Part shown: positions 26,401-40,675 of the stretch, one piece after another
Layout: every line of letters starts with the position of its first letter
How positions within the stretch are numbered: the first letter of the stretch is position 1
From: Catajapyx aquilonaris
Lineage: Eukaryota
Length of the DNA stretch: 44,754 nucleotides
Assembly: GCA_000934665.2 (NCBI GenBank)
Contig: KZ538185.1
Location: 62,008 to 106,761, forward strand
Direction: 5' to 3'
The notes under the pieces: generated by a model
What the model saw: the letters and a program-made list of their open reading frames with translations, nothing else
The model's database searches: none
Told to the model about the DNA's origin: nothing
Made by a program: the position numbers and the translations under genes

Positions 26401-29400
26401 CAGAAAAGTCTATAATTACACTGGAGGTCATAGACCTCCTTCACACACCACCACTACCTTACATAACTTACGAGTTGTAATATTCTGACACGAATTAATC
26501 GCCCGATACGATACATTCACATTGGATTGCGTAAACACTTATAATACAATCATGTACAAGGAAATACTGGCAAGTTCATCAATCGCAAAACCTTGTCTAT
26601 TCCTGCATAGCTTACAGGTTATCCACTCTTACGTTACATAATAGGTTACTTAATTTGAAATAATATTGCATCCACTTGTCATTTTCTATTAGTGATTGTA
26701 CCCGACTGTATCAATTCAAATTAAGTGCCGTGTTACTGATATTAGCTTGTACGTAATCGAAAAATTTTATTCATGGTTGTCAACACTAATAAGGAATTAT
26801 TAATATCAAAAATTCATAACGGCAGTAATAATAAGACAATTCTCATATATTTTTATGAATATGCGACGCCAGAGCATTCAACCCTTTTTGCACACACTCT
26901 CCCTAAAATCACTACTCCAAACAGAAACCTCCAATCTCCACCCTGAAAAATCGCAGCCTGGTGTTAGCCCAAGTTCAAATAAAGCAAGGCCACCCCCAAA
27001 TAGAGCTGATTACATCCCCAGCATTAAAAGCTCGTCCCTAACAGTAGCTCCTATCACCAATTAGCGAAATGCATGATTTTAGAGGACCCATGTTGTCTTA
27101 TAAGCTATAACCAAATCCCTCTCTTTTTTTTAAAAAAAAAAGCCATAGCGTGAAACAAAAAAAAACAGCAAGCGGTGAATAGAAGTGCATAAAGCGGGCA
27201 GTTGTGAAAAGGCTTTTAGCACATTAGGCCACCGCTACCGTGGGCAACGTGCTAATTGCCTTCTGTTTGGAAAGCGCCAGGTTGAAATTAGGCCGGTCGC
27301 CATGTTTCAGAGTGGATTCGTATGTTTTACCATCAGAAAACGGATTCTTGGGAAACCACAGATAATGGCACCTCAGGAGGATGAAAAAAAAACCACAAAT
27401 TGTTGGGGATACACTATAGCTCAGTTTTCCTGAATTTATTTAGTCGTTTATTAATTTATTCAGCCATTAATTAATTCATTCAGCCGTTTATTAATTTCTT
27501 AATTTATTTAAGGGCAGCGCTACAGGCTGATACGCAATGATTTATTTTAAACAGTTACTGAATAAAATGCATCAACATAGTACCGGGTGTGCAATAACTC
27601 ACCAAAATTCAATGGTTCAACCCAGCCCAGATGACATGCAGGTGACACTGACATCCTTCAACAATGACAGTGTCGACAAACATGGGTTTTCCTATTGGTC
27701 TCATAGGACCAGCTTTTTTTCCATGACCCCCCCACCCTTGTGATGAGAGACCTTCCATGCCAAGTCCCACTGCTCCGCCTGGTTTGATGACAAGACCCAG
27801 CACAATTAGGGCTGACAAGAGGCCATTTTGTACTTCCATGGTTCCCGGGCCTTGTTTTTCCCTAACGGATCCGCCGACACTTCCGGATTTGCCTACTTGA
27901 ACTTGCTTGTCGGATGCGCGCGTATCCGGCAGCACCCTGTTCATGACCATTTACATCTGTCGCTTTTCACAGACGCTTTTTGTATAATGAAAAAAAAAGC
28001 GAGCGTTTGTTTTTGGGGGAAATGGCGTGCTGTTTCTTAGAAAGCGAGCAGAGTACAAATTATGAGGATGCACGAGAGTGGTCACCTGCGTAATCGGCAG
28101 AACGGTTTTACAATAATAGGTTACATGTACTGTTTCTGGAGATATGGGTTAATCTGAGGAGATATTAGGCCAATGTGAAATGGGCCTAATACAACAAGTG
28201 ATCACTTGAAGTTTAAAATTATATCACACCTGTTTGCACATAATTTAATTTCAGGTAAGGCCTTGATTGGTATACACAGTTTTATACAAACAGGCAGTGT
28301 TAGATAATATTTACAAAGCCAGTTTGACGCTATAAAATGCTTATGCGCAGCATGATGGCCTCGGATATGCTTTATGGCGCGTTTTAATTTTGCAGTTATT
28401 ATTGTCTTAATTCCACCCATTACATAGGCCTATGTCGGTCCATAAAGCACATCCACTATTTTCAACACGTTATTTAGCCTCGCAAGCTCCACATTTCCAT
28501 GCTCTCTAATTCGCCGGTTATGGAATTTTCAAAACCTATAACTCGCGGGTCTACTCTACTTATATCATCAAACATGTTTACATCAGTTTCACGATGCGCT
28601 CATGTTATTTTGTTGTGTAATATTATCATTCACCACTCGCATTGCAAATCTGGTATTATCTTTTAGCCCTCGCATTGCAATACCCGGTACTGAAAGTATA
28701 AAAACATACGTCAGTTCCTACATTTGCATTATTGGACATAAGATGCGTTTTAAACAGACTAGCACAATAGCAGAATCCAGCAGCCTGTCATCGCATCGCA
28801 GTTTAGCTTTTCCGTAAACCCATACCCCATATATTTTGTGATTGTAGTATCTGAAGTAAAAGCCGGCAGGCTTACATGCGAACCTGCGATAGCATTCATT
28901 ATAATGTTGGGCCTCCCACGAAAGTGCCTGAGGATAGACGGGGGCCTGATGTTTATAGTCATCCCTGACTCGATCCTCTATATACACATATATGATCATA
29001 TGCACACATCCCCAGAAGCCTCTTCGCCAAAGCTCAAATTGGACCAATTTTGCCTTACAGTGGCTGTATAATGACTAATAAAATTGGCCTGGCTTTATTG
29101 TTTTCCTGTCCGCTTTTGTTTCACGCTCATCACTAGAGGAATGAGATTCCCAAGCCTGGAAGCACACTCATCATCAGATATTATTTTTTTCCACTCTCAT
29201 CTCCTAGCAATCCAATAACTCGGTATTTTCGGGGAAAAGCAAAATGGTAATGCACGTCCTCAAACTCAGTTTTGTTGTTTTCAAGAGAATCCACTCGACA
29301 TGGTCATTAGCGGCCATGTTTTTGGTAGCGAAAAACCCCCCTAGTTAATTCCAGATTTACGACTCTTCAACCACAACCATTTGACATAATCACAACATGA

Positions 29401-30140
29401 CCCGATTTTTTTTTTTTGAAAAATCCAGCACCCATAAAACGTTAGGTTGACGATTCTTACATGTTACAATTAAGATATAAAATTCCTGGAGGTTTAAGCT
29501 AGATGCCAATTTACATACCCACTTTTCATCCTACTCCTTCCCTTCCTCCAGCTTGACTTTCTTAATAAGCCATGGAATGAGCCCAAGGGGCTAGGCCTAT
29601 TTGAAAAGGCAATGGTCCGAAAGTGGAAATTATCCCGCTTGAAGCTACGTGAGTGCACTTCCAAGAGCCCATAATAAGACACTGGAGAAGAATTTAGTTC
29701 TGCTTGATTTGATTATTCCCCAACTTTGATTACTATCCTTGCCTTCAAATATTGACGATGATGTCACGTTTATGGTCTGGACCACCCTGTCGACAACAAT
29801 ATGGGAAGTTTCTGCCTTTCTAAGGTGGTGAGAATGGGTCAGACGTGATCGCCTGTTGTGTGTGATAGTCTCCTATTGATGACTTAGCTGGAAAAGTGAA
29901 ACCGATTACACGCCTTCTGCCAATAATATTTGGCACGCGATATTGTGATTTATACACACGCACAAGTTTCCGATAAGCCAACACAAACTATGGTGTAATT
30001 AAGCTACACACCCCTCTCCGATAGTTCCATTTAGGTGGCACCTATCCGCCCTCTTGGCACATATTTGCATAAGGACTGTTAACAAATAGCTCATTCACCT
30101 TATGTGTAGGAGATTACAAAATAGTGTCCACATTTTCATT

Positions 30141-30190
30141 AATGCGTCTTTATACGTCGTTGTGCGTCTTTGTACGTCGTTGTACGTCTT
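30141..30190. repeat. 10-bp tandem repeat x5
   Basis: aatgcgtctt / tatacgtcgt / tgtgcgtctt / tgtacgtcgt / tgtacgtctt. Confidence 0.8.
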
Positions 30191-30874
30191 TATTAACAGT
30201 ACATAACCAAACCCCATTTTTGACCACACTTTCTTGGTACATGAAGTGTGTACTAAGGGTACCACCAACGTTCCCAGTCAACACGTGAGGTCGCAGAAAA
30301 CAGCCGCCTAATTGCGGGGATTTGGCATGTGGTGTCAGGCTACAATACCACATTAAGCAGGATCAGCTCGACCCAAAGCGTCCCAACAAGTGGCTATTAA
30401 GAAACATTTGGCTCACGCCACAGATCCATCCGATACTGTTGAGCGGCGGTGGTCACCAAACCCAGGGCGGCCATTAGCAGCTGACAAGCCCCCCCTAAAG
30501 CAGGCCTAAGAATCTTCCTCCTTGGAATGCGCAATAACGAGCTTGTCCCCTCCAAGTCGCGGCCACATGTTGAGAAGATCCAACACTCCCTCTTAACCTT
30601 TATCCCCCCATGCTGCATTGAAAGCTCTAAAACAAAGGACCTCTTCGTCACGCCGAATGGGTCCGGCTTTACACCCTCCCATTATGCCCGGTTGCCTTGG
30701 GAAAGGTGGATGGGCGCCAGAGGATTAGTGCTGAAGGTGCGACACATTACAAGACTTACACTGTAATGAGACAAGACCCAAGTTCACTGCCGAGACATTT
30801 GCATGACTGACAAACTGGTTTGTGAGAGGGTGATATTATTCTTGGAACCTTGGTGTGAATTTCCAGTGAAAATA

Positions 30875-31012
30875 TCCATGGATTTCACTTGGACAATCCA
30901 TGGATTTCACGTGGACAATCCATGGATTTCACTTGGACAATCCATGGATTTCACTTGGACAATCCATGGTTTTCACTTGGACAATCCATGGTTTTCACAT
31001 GGACAATCCATG
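30875..31012. repeat. 22-bp minisatellite, 6 full units plus a partial
   Basis: tccatgg(a/t)tttcac(t/g/a)tggacaa at 30875, 30897, 30919, 30941, 30963, 30985 and 31007 (partial). Confidence 0.96.
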
Positions 31013-34000
31013 AAATCCATAGATTGTCCATGAAAATTTTGTGCACACAAATAATATCCACAAAAATTTTCGCGAATTCCTGTTGCAGAAGATTCATGAA
31101 GATGACATTATTCTTTGTCTAAAACTTACAATTGTCGCTTTTCAGCGTCTACTTTCTGTCAGAATGTACTTGATAAGTGTTACAGTCTCGTCCTTAGGCC
31201 AAGTCTTTAAAGGGATCAAAGAAGGACACTTCCGGTGGGAGGTTGAGGATTCGGAGCAAAAAAAAAAGTCCTTTCAGATGCGACGCTGATCCTTCGCTAA
31301 TGTTCCAGGGGCTTACCCAATCTTCTGCTCCGTTGGAAACACCTTCCAAGAAAATTTCTTTCTGTTCACAAAGAAACCTGCTCGCGTCTATACACACGCC
31401 TTTTCTATGTGTTGCGAGTTCCAAATTAGGTCGTCATATCACGATCAATTAGGAGGCTCAGGTGGGTACAGGTAATCCGTCATTTTTTTTTCTTTGTAAA
31501 GGGGGACTGAAAGTGTTGCCGGGGTGACATGTCCCAAACGCCCAATATGCTTTAAAAAGGCTCACCTTTTGTGTGTTACCTGAGAGATGGAGCCATTTTG
31601 TACAGCCTCTTTCACACTCTTTTCATGGTGAAAACACATCGAATTTGTTTATAGCGTGACGACTATTCCGTGCCGCACCAGCTGATCAATCACTAGTTCG
31701 TTGCCCCCAATTTCTATCAACGCGTGCTAACCATCTTTCCATCACAAGCTAGTCTTTTCCATCCCACAAAAGTTGCAGTCTTTGTCGATTCCAATCTAGC
31801 TGGGGTTCTATAATAAAACGGCCCAATATGGCTGCTCCCTTGATGACGTCAACTGACAAGTGTGCTACATAGTTCACCATGGCCGATCAGCTTTTCGTAA
31901 TTAGGATATCAAGTTTTTTTTTTCTCAGGACGTGATTTTGGTGGGGTAAGTTCGAAGCACCCTTACAGCAACCTATACACTATCCCATCATCTTGGCAGA
32001 CAGGCGCGCTGGAGGAACAGGCACGCCCGTTTTTCCACCTCCATTTACAAGACTACACCAATAATTTACTCTACTTTCGCAGTCTCCACACACATGATGA
32101 GTCTGACGTGTATATCAGAGAGGTAAATGACGTTGCATGATAGGAGAAAAACTGAAGTGGTTTGAACCTACACAAAAACCGGAACCGTAGTTTGAGAAGC
32201 TGACAAAATATGGTGAATGTCGTGTAAACATAGATGTAATCTAGGGGAAGTCAATAATGAGGAAAATGCCTGTCGCGGTGTCAAAACGTCATCGAACTTG
32301 CAGGTTGGGGTGTGTCAGTTATGTTATAGAGTCGAAAGATTATGAAGGTACTGATGTAATAACAGTTGCATAAGTCAGTACCAGATTTAGAGGCAGGAAG
32401 TAGGATGAGCTGTTTATAGTACACTCTTTAGGGGCTTGTTGATGTTCACACGTTGTGGGATTGTGAAGAACATTTCACAGGTAATGTCGTTACTAAGGAC
32501 ATGTCATGTAAGCAATTTAATGCGGCAGAAAAGTGTGATGAATGACTTATGTGTACGTAGAAAAAGTTACAATAACAATGAGCTGACACCGTACATACTG
32601 TACAGCTTGTAGGCCTATACATCAGGTATAATACTATGCATATTTTTCTTTGTATGTAAATTAATGAAAGTGGGCACATATGCAGAAATTAGTTGCAATT
32701 GTTTTAAACCAGATTTACTGTACAGTAATTGACAGTCTGAACGCCTAATATACAGTATGCAGTATTAAATTTTTATATAGCCTAACTGACGCTTCATAAT
32801 AAACAAATCGCTTGCCAGTATGGACACTTCAATTGAAACACTAATTAACACCATGTGCAAGAAATATTACGTAATCCTCAGCAAGCATGCCTAAGTCATT
32901 CTGTCAAGTTAGGCCTTAACCTGAGGGTGACAGCCTGTTTCTTCTAACAAATGAAAGGGGGTGTAAAGCGGAAAGAAGTTATCTCAGAAATAAATCGATT
33001 TTATAGTTTTTTGTCCCACGGTAACGTGGAATCTTGTTTGGCTGTCCGTTCAGCCCTATTCTCCCAGATAACATTTTTTTTTTAGTTCTAAGGAGATGAG
33101 CGTTAGGAGAATCAAAAGTTTGGGTGTTTTCAATATTCTGAATCAGCCTGGGGGAAACTGTGCGGATGATCTTCCCCCAAAAAATTGTGGATGTTTAGGA
33201 AGTAGTTTAAGTTGAAATTAGTGAACCGGTTAAAATTTAGTAGGCTTAGTTTTAATTTAATGCTCTGATTTTCTGGTAAGATCACTCGAAATGTTTTCAT
33301 GCCCTTCAATTGGACATGTAAAATGAATGCTATTAAAGACTCATTATACTGATCCAAACTCAAAATGTTGGTTGGAAAATGTTGTTTGTGAAGGCATATA
33401 ACGGAATAGTAATTACCAGCCTGGCGAAACATCCGCTTTAACATTCAAGAAAGGACCTACATTCAGCACCATGAAATATTTCAAGTATACAAAATATTTT
33501 GTCATCATATCCCATTTTTGTATACGATAATAGTCATAACGGCCCAAGTGTCCTTAACATTTCCCCCACACATGTGAAGGCCTCTTTTATATTATAATCA
33601 ATCCGTCGCCGTACACACTGTCACCCTTCCACCCTTTCATGCACCGCACATATTTACCCGATTAAGACATTGGATCTGACATTCAGATATAAACAAACCC
33701 CCCCCCCCCCTCACCCCTCCTTTTTCCTTATTATCTTGCCGCCCCGTCAATCCATCGCAAACAAATTAATCAGACACCCAACCCTGAACGGACACTCAAG
33801 AAATGGCAGAAAAACAAGGAAAAAACCGTCCCCAGAAAAGAAGGCCGTCCGTCCCTTTGCTGGACAGTCGACAAGAGGAGGAGGAGGGGGACCCCAAAGT
33901 GTGACAGTTGAACGACAGCTGACCTCGTCCGGGCGCCACCATGGCGCCACTGGCCATCTCGTGTCCGAGGGTAGTGTCGGCCCACGGTGCGGCGCACAAT

Positions 34001-34411
34001 TTTCTGGATGTGTTAATTAGAAGCGATTCCTGGCGTGTTTGTGTGCGGGGGGTTGGGCGAAATATTTTCGACCGCCGCAGCAGATGAAGGAAAGAGGCCG
34101 TCGCGCACCAATTTCCGGCATCATAACTCTTTGCCTCCTGCCACCAACCACCCCCCTATACAAACTTCCAAACTTGCCTACACGAAACAAGCTGGGATAT
34201 AGCTATTCCTAAATAGACTTCTCTCATGTAATCCAACGTGGCCCCTGTATATAGGCCAGCACATGCACAGGTGCTCAGTGTTGCCTATACCTGACAGATT
34301 CTATATATGAACTTATTAAATTTATTATGATAGTCATTTTTAACTATATGCCGCATTTAAAAATATTTACTAGGCACATCAAATTTCTGATAGGAATGAA
34401 GCTGGTGCAAC

Positions 34412-34644
34412 GTGAATAAAATGATTTAACACGGTGAATATGATGATTCATCGAGGTGACGTAATAATAATAATTCATCAAAGTGAACACATATTCATCG
34501 AAGTGAATATATAATTATGCAGCAAAGTGAATAAAATGATCCAGCAAGATGAATATAATGATTCAGCAAGTTGCATAAAATAGTTCAGAGGGAATACAAT
34601 TATTCATCAGGGTGAATAAAACTATTTATCAGGGTGAATAAAAT
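34412..34644. repeat. Old degenerate ~22-bp minisatellite, about 10-11 units
   Basis: Recurring gtgaataaaatgattca(t/g)caag-like units. Confidence 0.8.
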
Positions 34645-37600
34645 CGTTTTGAATTTGGTGTTGTGTAATAAGAATCAGTTCAGTTCATGCAATACGCACA
34701 CAGATGTGTCATAGTGTATGTACAGAGTTTTGAGGGTACAAAGGACTCGTTAAATAATATGGGAGCCACACCCAGCAGACTTTGCATGTGCATGTACGGG
34801 TAATCAATCTGGGTCTGTGTATTTCCAATGACGGTTTAGATCCAGCTCTTTTTCAGCTTAAAAAATGCGCTCTTCTCGTGGCCATTATTTACATGAGGTT
34901 GTGCCACTCCCCTTCAATTATGAGTAAACACGGCAGGTTTCGCCCGCGTATGTTGAAAGAGCGTTCTGTCCGTCCGCATGACATTTTACTGACTATCAGG
35001 TCATTTCTGTCACGTGGGATGCAGGGGGAAACCATACGTGGACGTCAGGGAGGTTGCGGCGTGTAAAATTTACTCCTGCTTGTGACATATGGCGGATATG
35101 TCACGCGTGAAAGACGGCTGGGGATTCGTACTCGGCTGCTGTCATTCAGTTATTCATCAGGTGTCTGCATATGTGAGGGTACTCGCTCATGTAATAGGCT
35201 AAAGGTCAGAGCTTGCCCGAATACAGTCTCAATGAAGACAGCTGCTGGAGGCAAGGTATATGCGATGCGATGTATGAAAATGGACTGATGGAGACAGAGA
35301 GAGGCTCATTGTTATTTTATTGCGTTCAGTGGGTTGTATGAATGACAGTGTTACGTCACAATGTGGACCTTGCCATGGAAGTATGGATGTCAAGGTCTAG
35401 ATTAAAATATAGATACTGTTCTTGAAGGGTACAAAATGATTTGCAAAAAGTACAATATGCTAGGGAAGGTGGCTGGGTTGTGATCTAGGTGCACACGCAC
35501 CTGTCAGTTTCGCCAGTTATTACGAACATGCCAGTGTCAGGAGATATGTAATGAGTGTACACCTGATATGAATTGATTTCACAAAAGTTCAAGATAACGC
35601 CACATAATTTTTTTAAATGCATCTAATAAGCTCTACTGTAATAATACTGCAGGTTGACAGCAGTATGTTAAGGTAATATGGGGTGCATATCTGCCAGGAT
35701 ATGTCAGCCTCAAGTTGTCGGACAGATTACAAGACCACCATGGTAGTCACTATCACCACAGCATCATCACAGAAGAGGCAATTGCTCTAGCCTACTATGT
35801 CATTCTAATGCCCTAAGAAGAGTCAGGAGATGCCCAACATGTTTACATTGTACCCCTCCGCTGCAGAACTACTTTCACCGCACTGCCGCACTGCACCTTA
35901 GGCGGAGTGATATTTATTGCGACTGGCGACACCAATGGTCCCATCTGACAGCCTCTTACCAAACCCAGTTATTTTGTTTACCAACCGGACCTCTCTGTGC
36001 CTTAATGTCCCCACCCTCCCCGTGCGGTTGAAGGACGCCTGCCATTGGTGTGATACCATGTCAGCACGGATCGGCATCACCCACCACCAAAACCAGTTCC
36101 CCCACGTTGGTACTGCACGTACCGGCCAAGCTGTCTCAACACCACGATGCGTCAACCCCCTCCGATCGCAATAAAGGCCTGACCCCTCCATGCCCAGCAC
36201 TTAGGAGTGACGGAAGGGCATCCCCCCCTATGCCTATCTGAATGCTCCACGGCATCCAATATCCTTCCTGCCATTTTTTTTCTTCCCCTTTTCCCCTCGT
36301 TTTCCACCAACGTCCACCAGTCCTGGCCAGGAAGTATGGAATGGCAGCGGGATAAAATATAGAGCATGTAATTGTGACAACTTCAGTGTGGGACATTGTG
36401 GCTGGGAGTCGTTGGGACCCTCTTTTGTAAGGTCCCCAACCCTATTCTCATGGAAATCAGGGAGCAGACACCACATCATCAGTGTCGATAGTACGGACCA
36501 CCCGGTATGAGGCTATAGCCCATAGCGTGACCACCCAGCACATCTAGCTATAGCACCATCTCTACTGGAGCTGGATATGACCAACCGTCAGGCATAGCAC
36601 GAAATGCTTACCGTAAATTAGAGGGGGGGTTTGGTTATGGAAAAGGGGGGCAATCAGGGGGTTCCATCTCCCTCCCTAGGGCTCCATCCATCATCGCAAT
36701 GGCCCATTGTAATTCGCACCTGACTCTGCCAAGTTCTCTGCAGAAAGGGGTGAGTAGAGCCCATGACTCCGCCCACCTTTCACAGGTCGGCCCAACACCC
36801 CACCTATATGGATTTTCTTATCACGCCATACTTTTTTTTTTTCAAGGGGGGTAAGGGGGAGCAATAAGACCATCGACCATGTCCAGGTCTTCAGGTGGGG
36901 TGACCAAAGCTTAGGATTGGGTCTAAAAACAGGCATGTTTCAAATATTCAAAAATTACACTGAAATGCCATTCAATTTATGCACTTGGTGTTTAATATTA
37001 TTCACTAATCTAAATTTTATTTATACGTTTACATCCAATAATCATTGAAAATGCTGTCTTTTATAATAATACATTTGCATAATACAGTAGTAAATTTTTC
37101 TGAAATCAACACAGAATTATGCACCAGGGCATAAAATTATGCACCAATCCGAATTAATTTATTTACACTTCCCTATCCGCATGCTAAACATGCAAAAAAT
37201 GGGACATAACGCCATATATACCAGATACATTGTGCCTAGTTGACTCAGTTCAAGCTTTCTAGACTATTGTTGCCTCAACAATGCAAGCACACCCTCCAAA
37301 CTTTTTCATCCTTCAAAAAAAAATTAAATCTAATTTTTTTTTGTAAACTATGAAAGAAGAGAGGGTGGGACTTATAATGTGATGGGAAATGGCCGCATGC
37401 ACAATCACAAAACTTGCTTTCCATACGAGCGGGTTGCCCTAGCTTTGGCGCAACACAATTACCTGGATGCGCCCCATTTTTGCCTCTTTGTGAACCCAGC
37501 ATGCCTAGCGAAATCTAATTACAAGCAGGTGGTTTCCAAAATTCCGGGAGAAATAGCAGGTAAATGCTTCGTTAGATGTGCCACAGCCAGTCTGCCAAAC

Positions 37601-39200
37601 GTCTCTGTTTGAGCCGGCTTAGTTTGGCATTACACGGGGGTGCGTGTTGTGGGTCCCGCGCCGGCTCGCTTTGTACCCCATCAGATATACAGCAAATGCC
37701 AAAAAGCTGACAAAGAGCCTCACTTAAGCTTATTTCCCAAATCCAAAGAATGGCGCTGTGTATCACGGTATTTCGCTAATTTGCTGCTGTGCTGCTGGCA
37801 TGCATATACAGCAGCCTAAATATTGGGGGGGTGGCCAGGGCAGCCCCATAATTTCATCCAATCTAGGCTGCTTGATTGTCATTATAAGTGCAGTCCAATG
37901 ATCATAAATTTAATTTTACATGCAGGGTAGCTTGTTGGGTATATCGACTAGCGCGCTACAATCGACACGTACTGGGTGTTTCATAGTTGATGTGCAAAAT
38001 GTGGGAAGTTCAGAAAATGGCAACGCTGTTTTGCCAGTAACACAGCCATGATATGGGTTTGAACTTAAAATTTAAAAGTCAAATAATAATGTAAATTTTG
38101 TCAGGTTGGTCATCCTGACCCTGTGGTTCAACAATACAACTGTCCTCTATAGTGAGAGGCATCACAACTTTTAAACAAATACGTACTAAAAATGACATTT
38201 TGTAGCACCCTGTTCATAGCTGTGAACCGACAGTGAGTCAAAAAGTCGGTTCTCGCCTTATTCCAACCCAAAATACCAGCTCATCATTTACCTGATTCAT
38301 CCTTATAATGAAGTGAAGGGAAAGTTGGAGGCCTTATTATAATTATCATTGTTGGTTAGGCAACTTAGATCAGTAATTATTTCAAACATCGGAGGAAACT
38401 TGTACGATTCAGAAAATTTGCAGGTTTCCTCAGGCAGCGTCTCATTAATGCAGACAAATTAGGCCTAATTATTACCGCATACGACGTCAATTAGCGCTCT
38501 TGAGGAATTTCAGAGGGATTTTCGAGTCGGAGACTTATCCGAAAGAGTTTCCAGCTCTCTGCTCTGATTGGTTCAAATAAAAGCGACATCAAAACAACTT
38601 AAAACGACATACCCCCGCGCGTTATATTTAAAAAAAAACCATTGTTGACGTTTCATCATGCAAACTTTTGTGTGTGATCACCATTGGCAACATGTATGTA
38701 AGGGATGGCAAACAAATTTTATAAATGGCCAGTGTAGACACTGCATTGTTTTTGACTTTTCCCCGAGCTGACTGGCCCAACCCAAAAACGGACCACAAAG
38801 CTGCTGTTGAACAAGCTGTCATGGACTTTTGTGCAAATCACATTCGCCTGTATTTTTCGGAACCGAATTTGCGCCATTTTTCATATCACAAACGTGCTTA
38901 CGCTGCAGTTTTTCCACAAGTCTTCTGCTACAGTGAAGAAGAAAAACAGATCTCTTTGGCTGATGGGCGGATGCAGAAGAAAAGGATGTAGTGGTGGTGG
39001 TGGGCCAAGAAGGGCGTGTTTGTAGGTGACCACCGGCGGGGAACGGCATCGCGGCTCTCATCTCGCGTCGACGCCGACGCGTCCCCGGCGCCACGTCGCC
39101 TTTTTGCCTTTTCCGCCCCTCACGGCGGCTTCTCTTAGCGCCCTAGGGCTGGATTACACACTACCACACTTTCTCACCCCTATTTCCTCCCAGGCTTGGC

Positions 39201-39265
39201 ACACGGCGCCGTCTAGCGGACGACACAGCGCCGTCTAGCGGACTACACAGCGCCCCTGGTGGCCA
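39201..39265. repeat. 22-bp tandem repeat x3 with CTCF-like motifs
   Basis: acacggcgccgtctagcggacg / acacagcgccgtctagcggact / acacagcgcccctggtggcca. Confidence 0.8.
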
Positions 39266-40506
39266 AACACCGCATCTTATTTGTTTATAAATATAATATA
39301 CGGAAAAGTTTATATAAATATTTTAGACTATATTAAACTTATTGATAGGCGTGAGAAACCCTGGTTGAACCCACAATTCATGGAGGGGTCCGGGGGGAGG
39401 CTAAAAAAAAGGCGGTTGGTCTCACGCAGAGAGGCTGTTGAGGAAAAAATCGGAATCGCGGCGGTCCCGACCAGTCGGCGCTGGTCTGCTAACCAAAGGG
39501 CCTGGTGGTCTTGTCTTTCCAGCGACCCCCTGCTGACCAGCCAACCTCTGCATGACCACGGCGCCCAACACTCACATACCTGCTGTGTACCACTCTTTTT
39601 TTTCAAGTCCTCAGCAGATTATTTCACTTTTTCAGTTTTATTGACATCTGATTGTAAGCGGTACAAACAATGCGGACACCTACCGTAATAACTTACAAAT
39701 GTGCTTATGAACCACAAGTGCGCGCACAGGCTCATTAAGACGGAGAATTGCAAAGTGCTGATTAATTTATGTGCGACAATGACCTCATTTATATTTACTG
39801 CGCAATAAAAATGACTTTTTAACCGTATGTGCATGTGTCGTTCTTAACAAGTGAAATTCATCCGAGGCAGGTAATAAACACCTACGTATAAGCCCAGAGT
39901 AATTTATCGGCATTCCATAAGCTTATATGGAGCGACATAATTACACGAGCAGAGTTTGTCATCCGGATGATCTCCAATCTACATCCAGTTTTGGGCCTCA
40001 AATGGCCCATTTCTTCTCCAGAAAACAAAGTCGGCCCGACTTTGTCCCCCTTGGTTTTTCTTATCAGATGTTGTCCCATACCCTCAGCATTTATTCTTCA
40101 CCCCCTAATGAGACCTGGTGCACCGCGGGACAGCCGCCATACGAAATACCTATCCCGGATGACACTTTTCAAGTAGCACCCCCATCTTGTTAAAAACACA
40201 ACGTATGACGTCACACCAATGCATTTTCCCACCTTTTAGGAAGTGAAAATTTATATTTAACTACGTGGAAAAACCCGCATGAAGGACCAGGTAGTAGATC
40301 TTTCTTTGACAGCAGCGGAGATTATGGGCGCTAAAATACTTTACAGCGTCCAACCCGTTTACGACCGGCTGTAACTGGTCGGGGGTGGAATCACAGCCTG
40401 ATCCACCAGTCAGGTCAAAAAAAAATGTACGGGGTCACTCATACACTCATAAAGATTGGTCAAACCGGGCTTAAAGGGGATGAATTCAGCTGGAACCCAG
40501 TTATCT

Positions 40507-40675
40507 GCGGTAGTCTTCGTGTTCGCGGTAGTCTCGGGACTCGCGGTAGTCTCGGGACTCGCGGTAGTTTCGGGACTCGCGGTAGTCTCGTGACTCGCGG
40601 TAGTCTCGTGACTCGCGGTAGTCTCGGGACTCGCGGTAGTCTCGGTGTTCGCGGTATAGTCTCGGTGTCCGCGAT
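40507..40675. repeat. 18-bp CpG-rich minisatellite, 8 full units plus a variant
   Basis: gcggtagtctcgggactc at an 18-bp period: 40507, 40525, 40543, 40561, 40579, 40597, 40615, 40633 and 40651. Confidence 0.96.

Noticed and set aside
37810..37872. Short inverted repeat agcagccta...taggctgct (and tggccacta...tagtggcca at 13071-13114)
   Set aside because: 9-bp arms are expected by chance several times in 45 kb.
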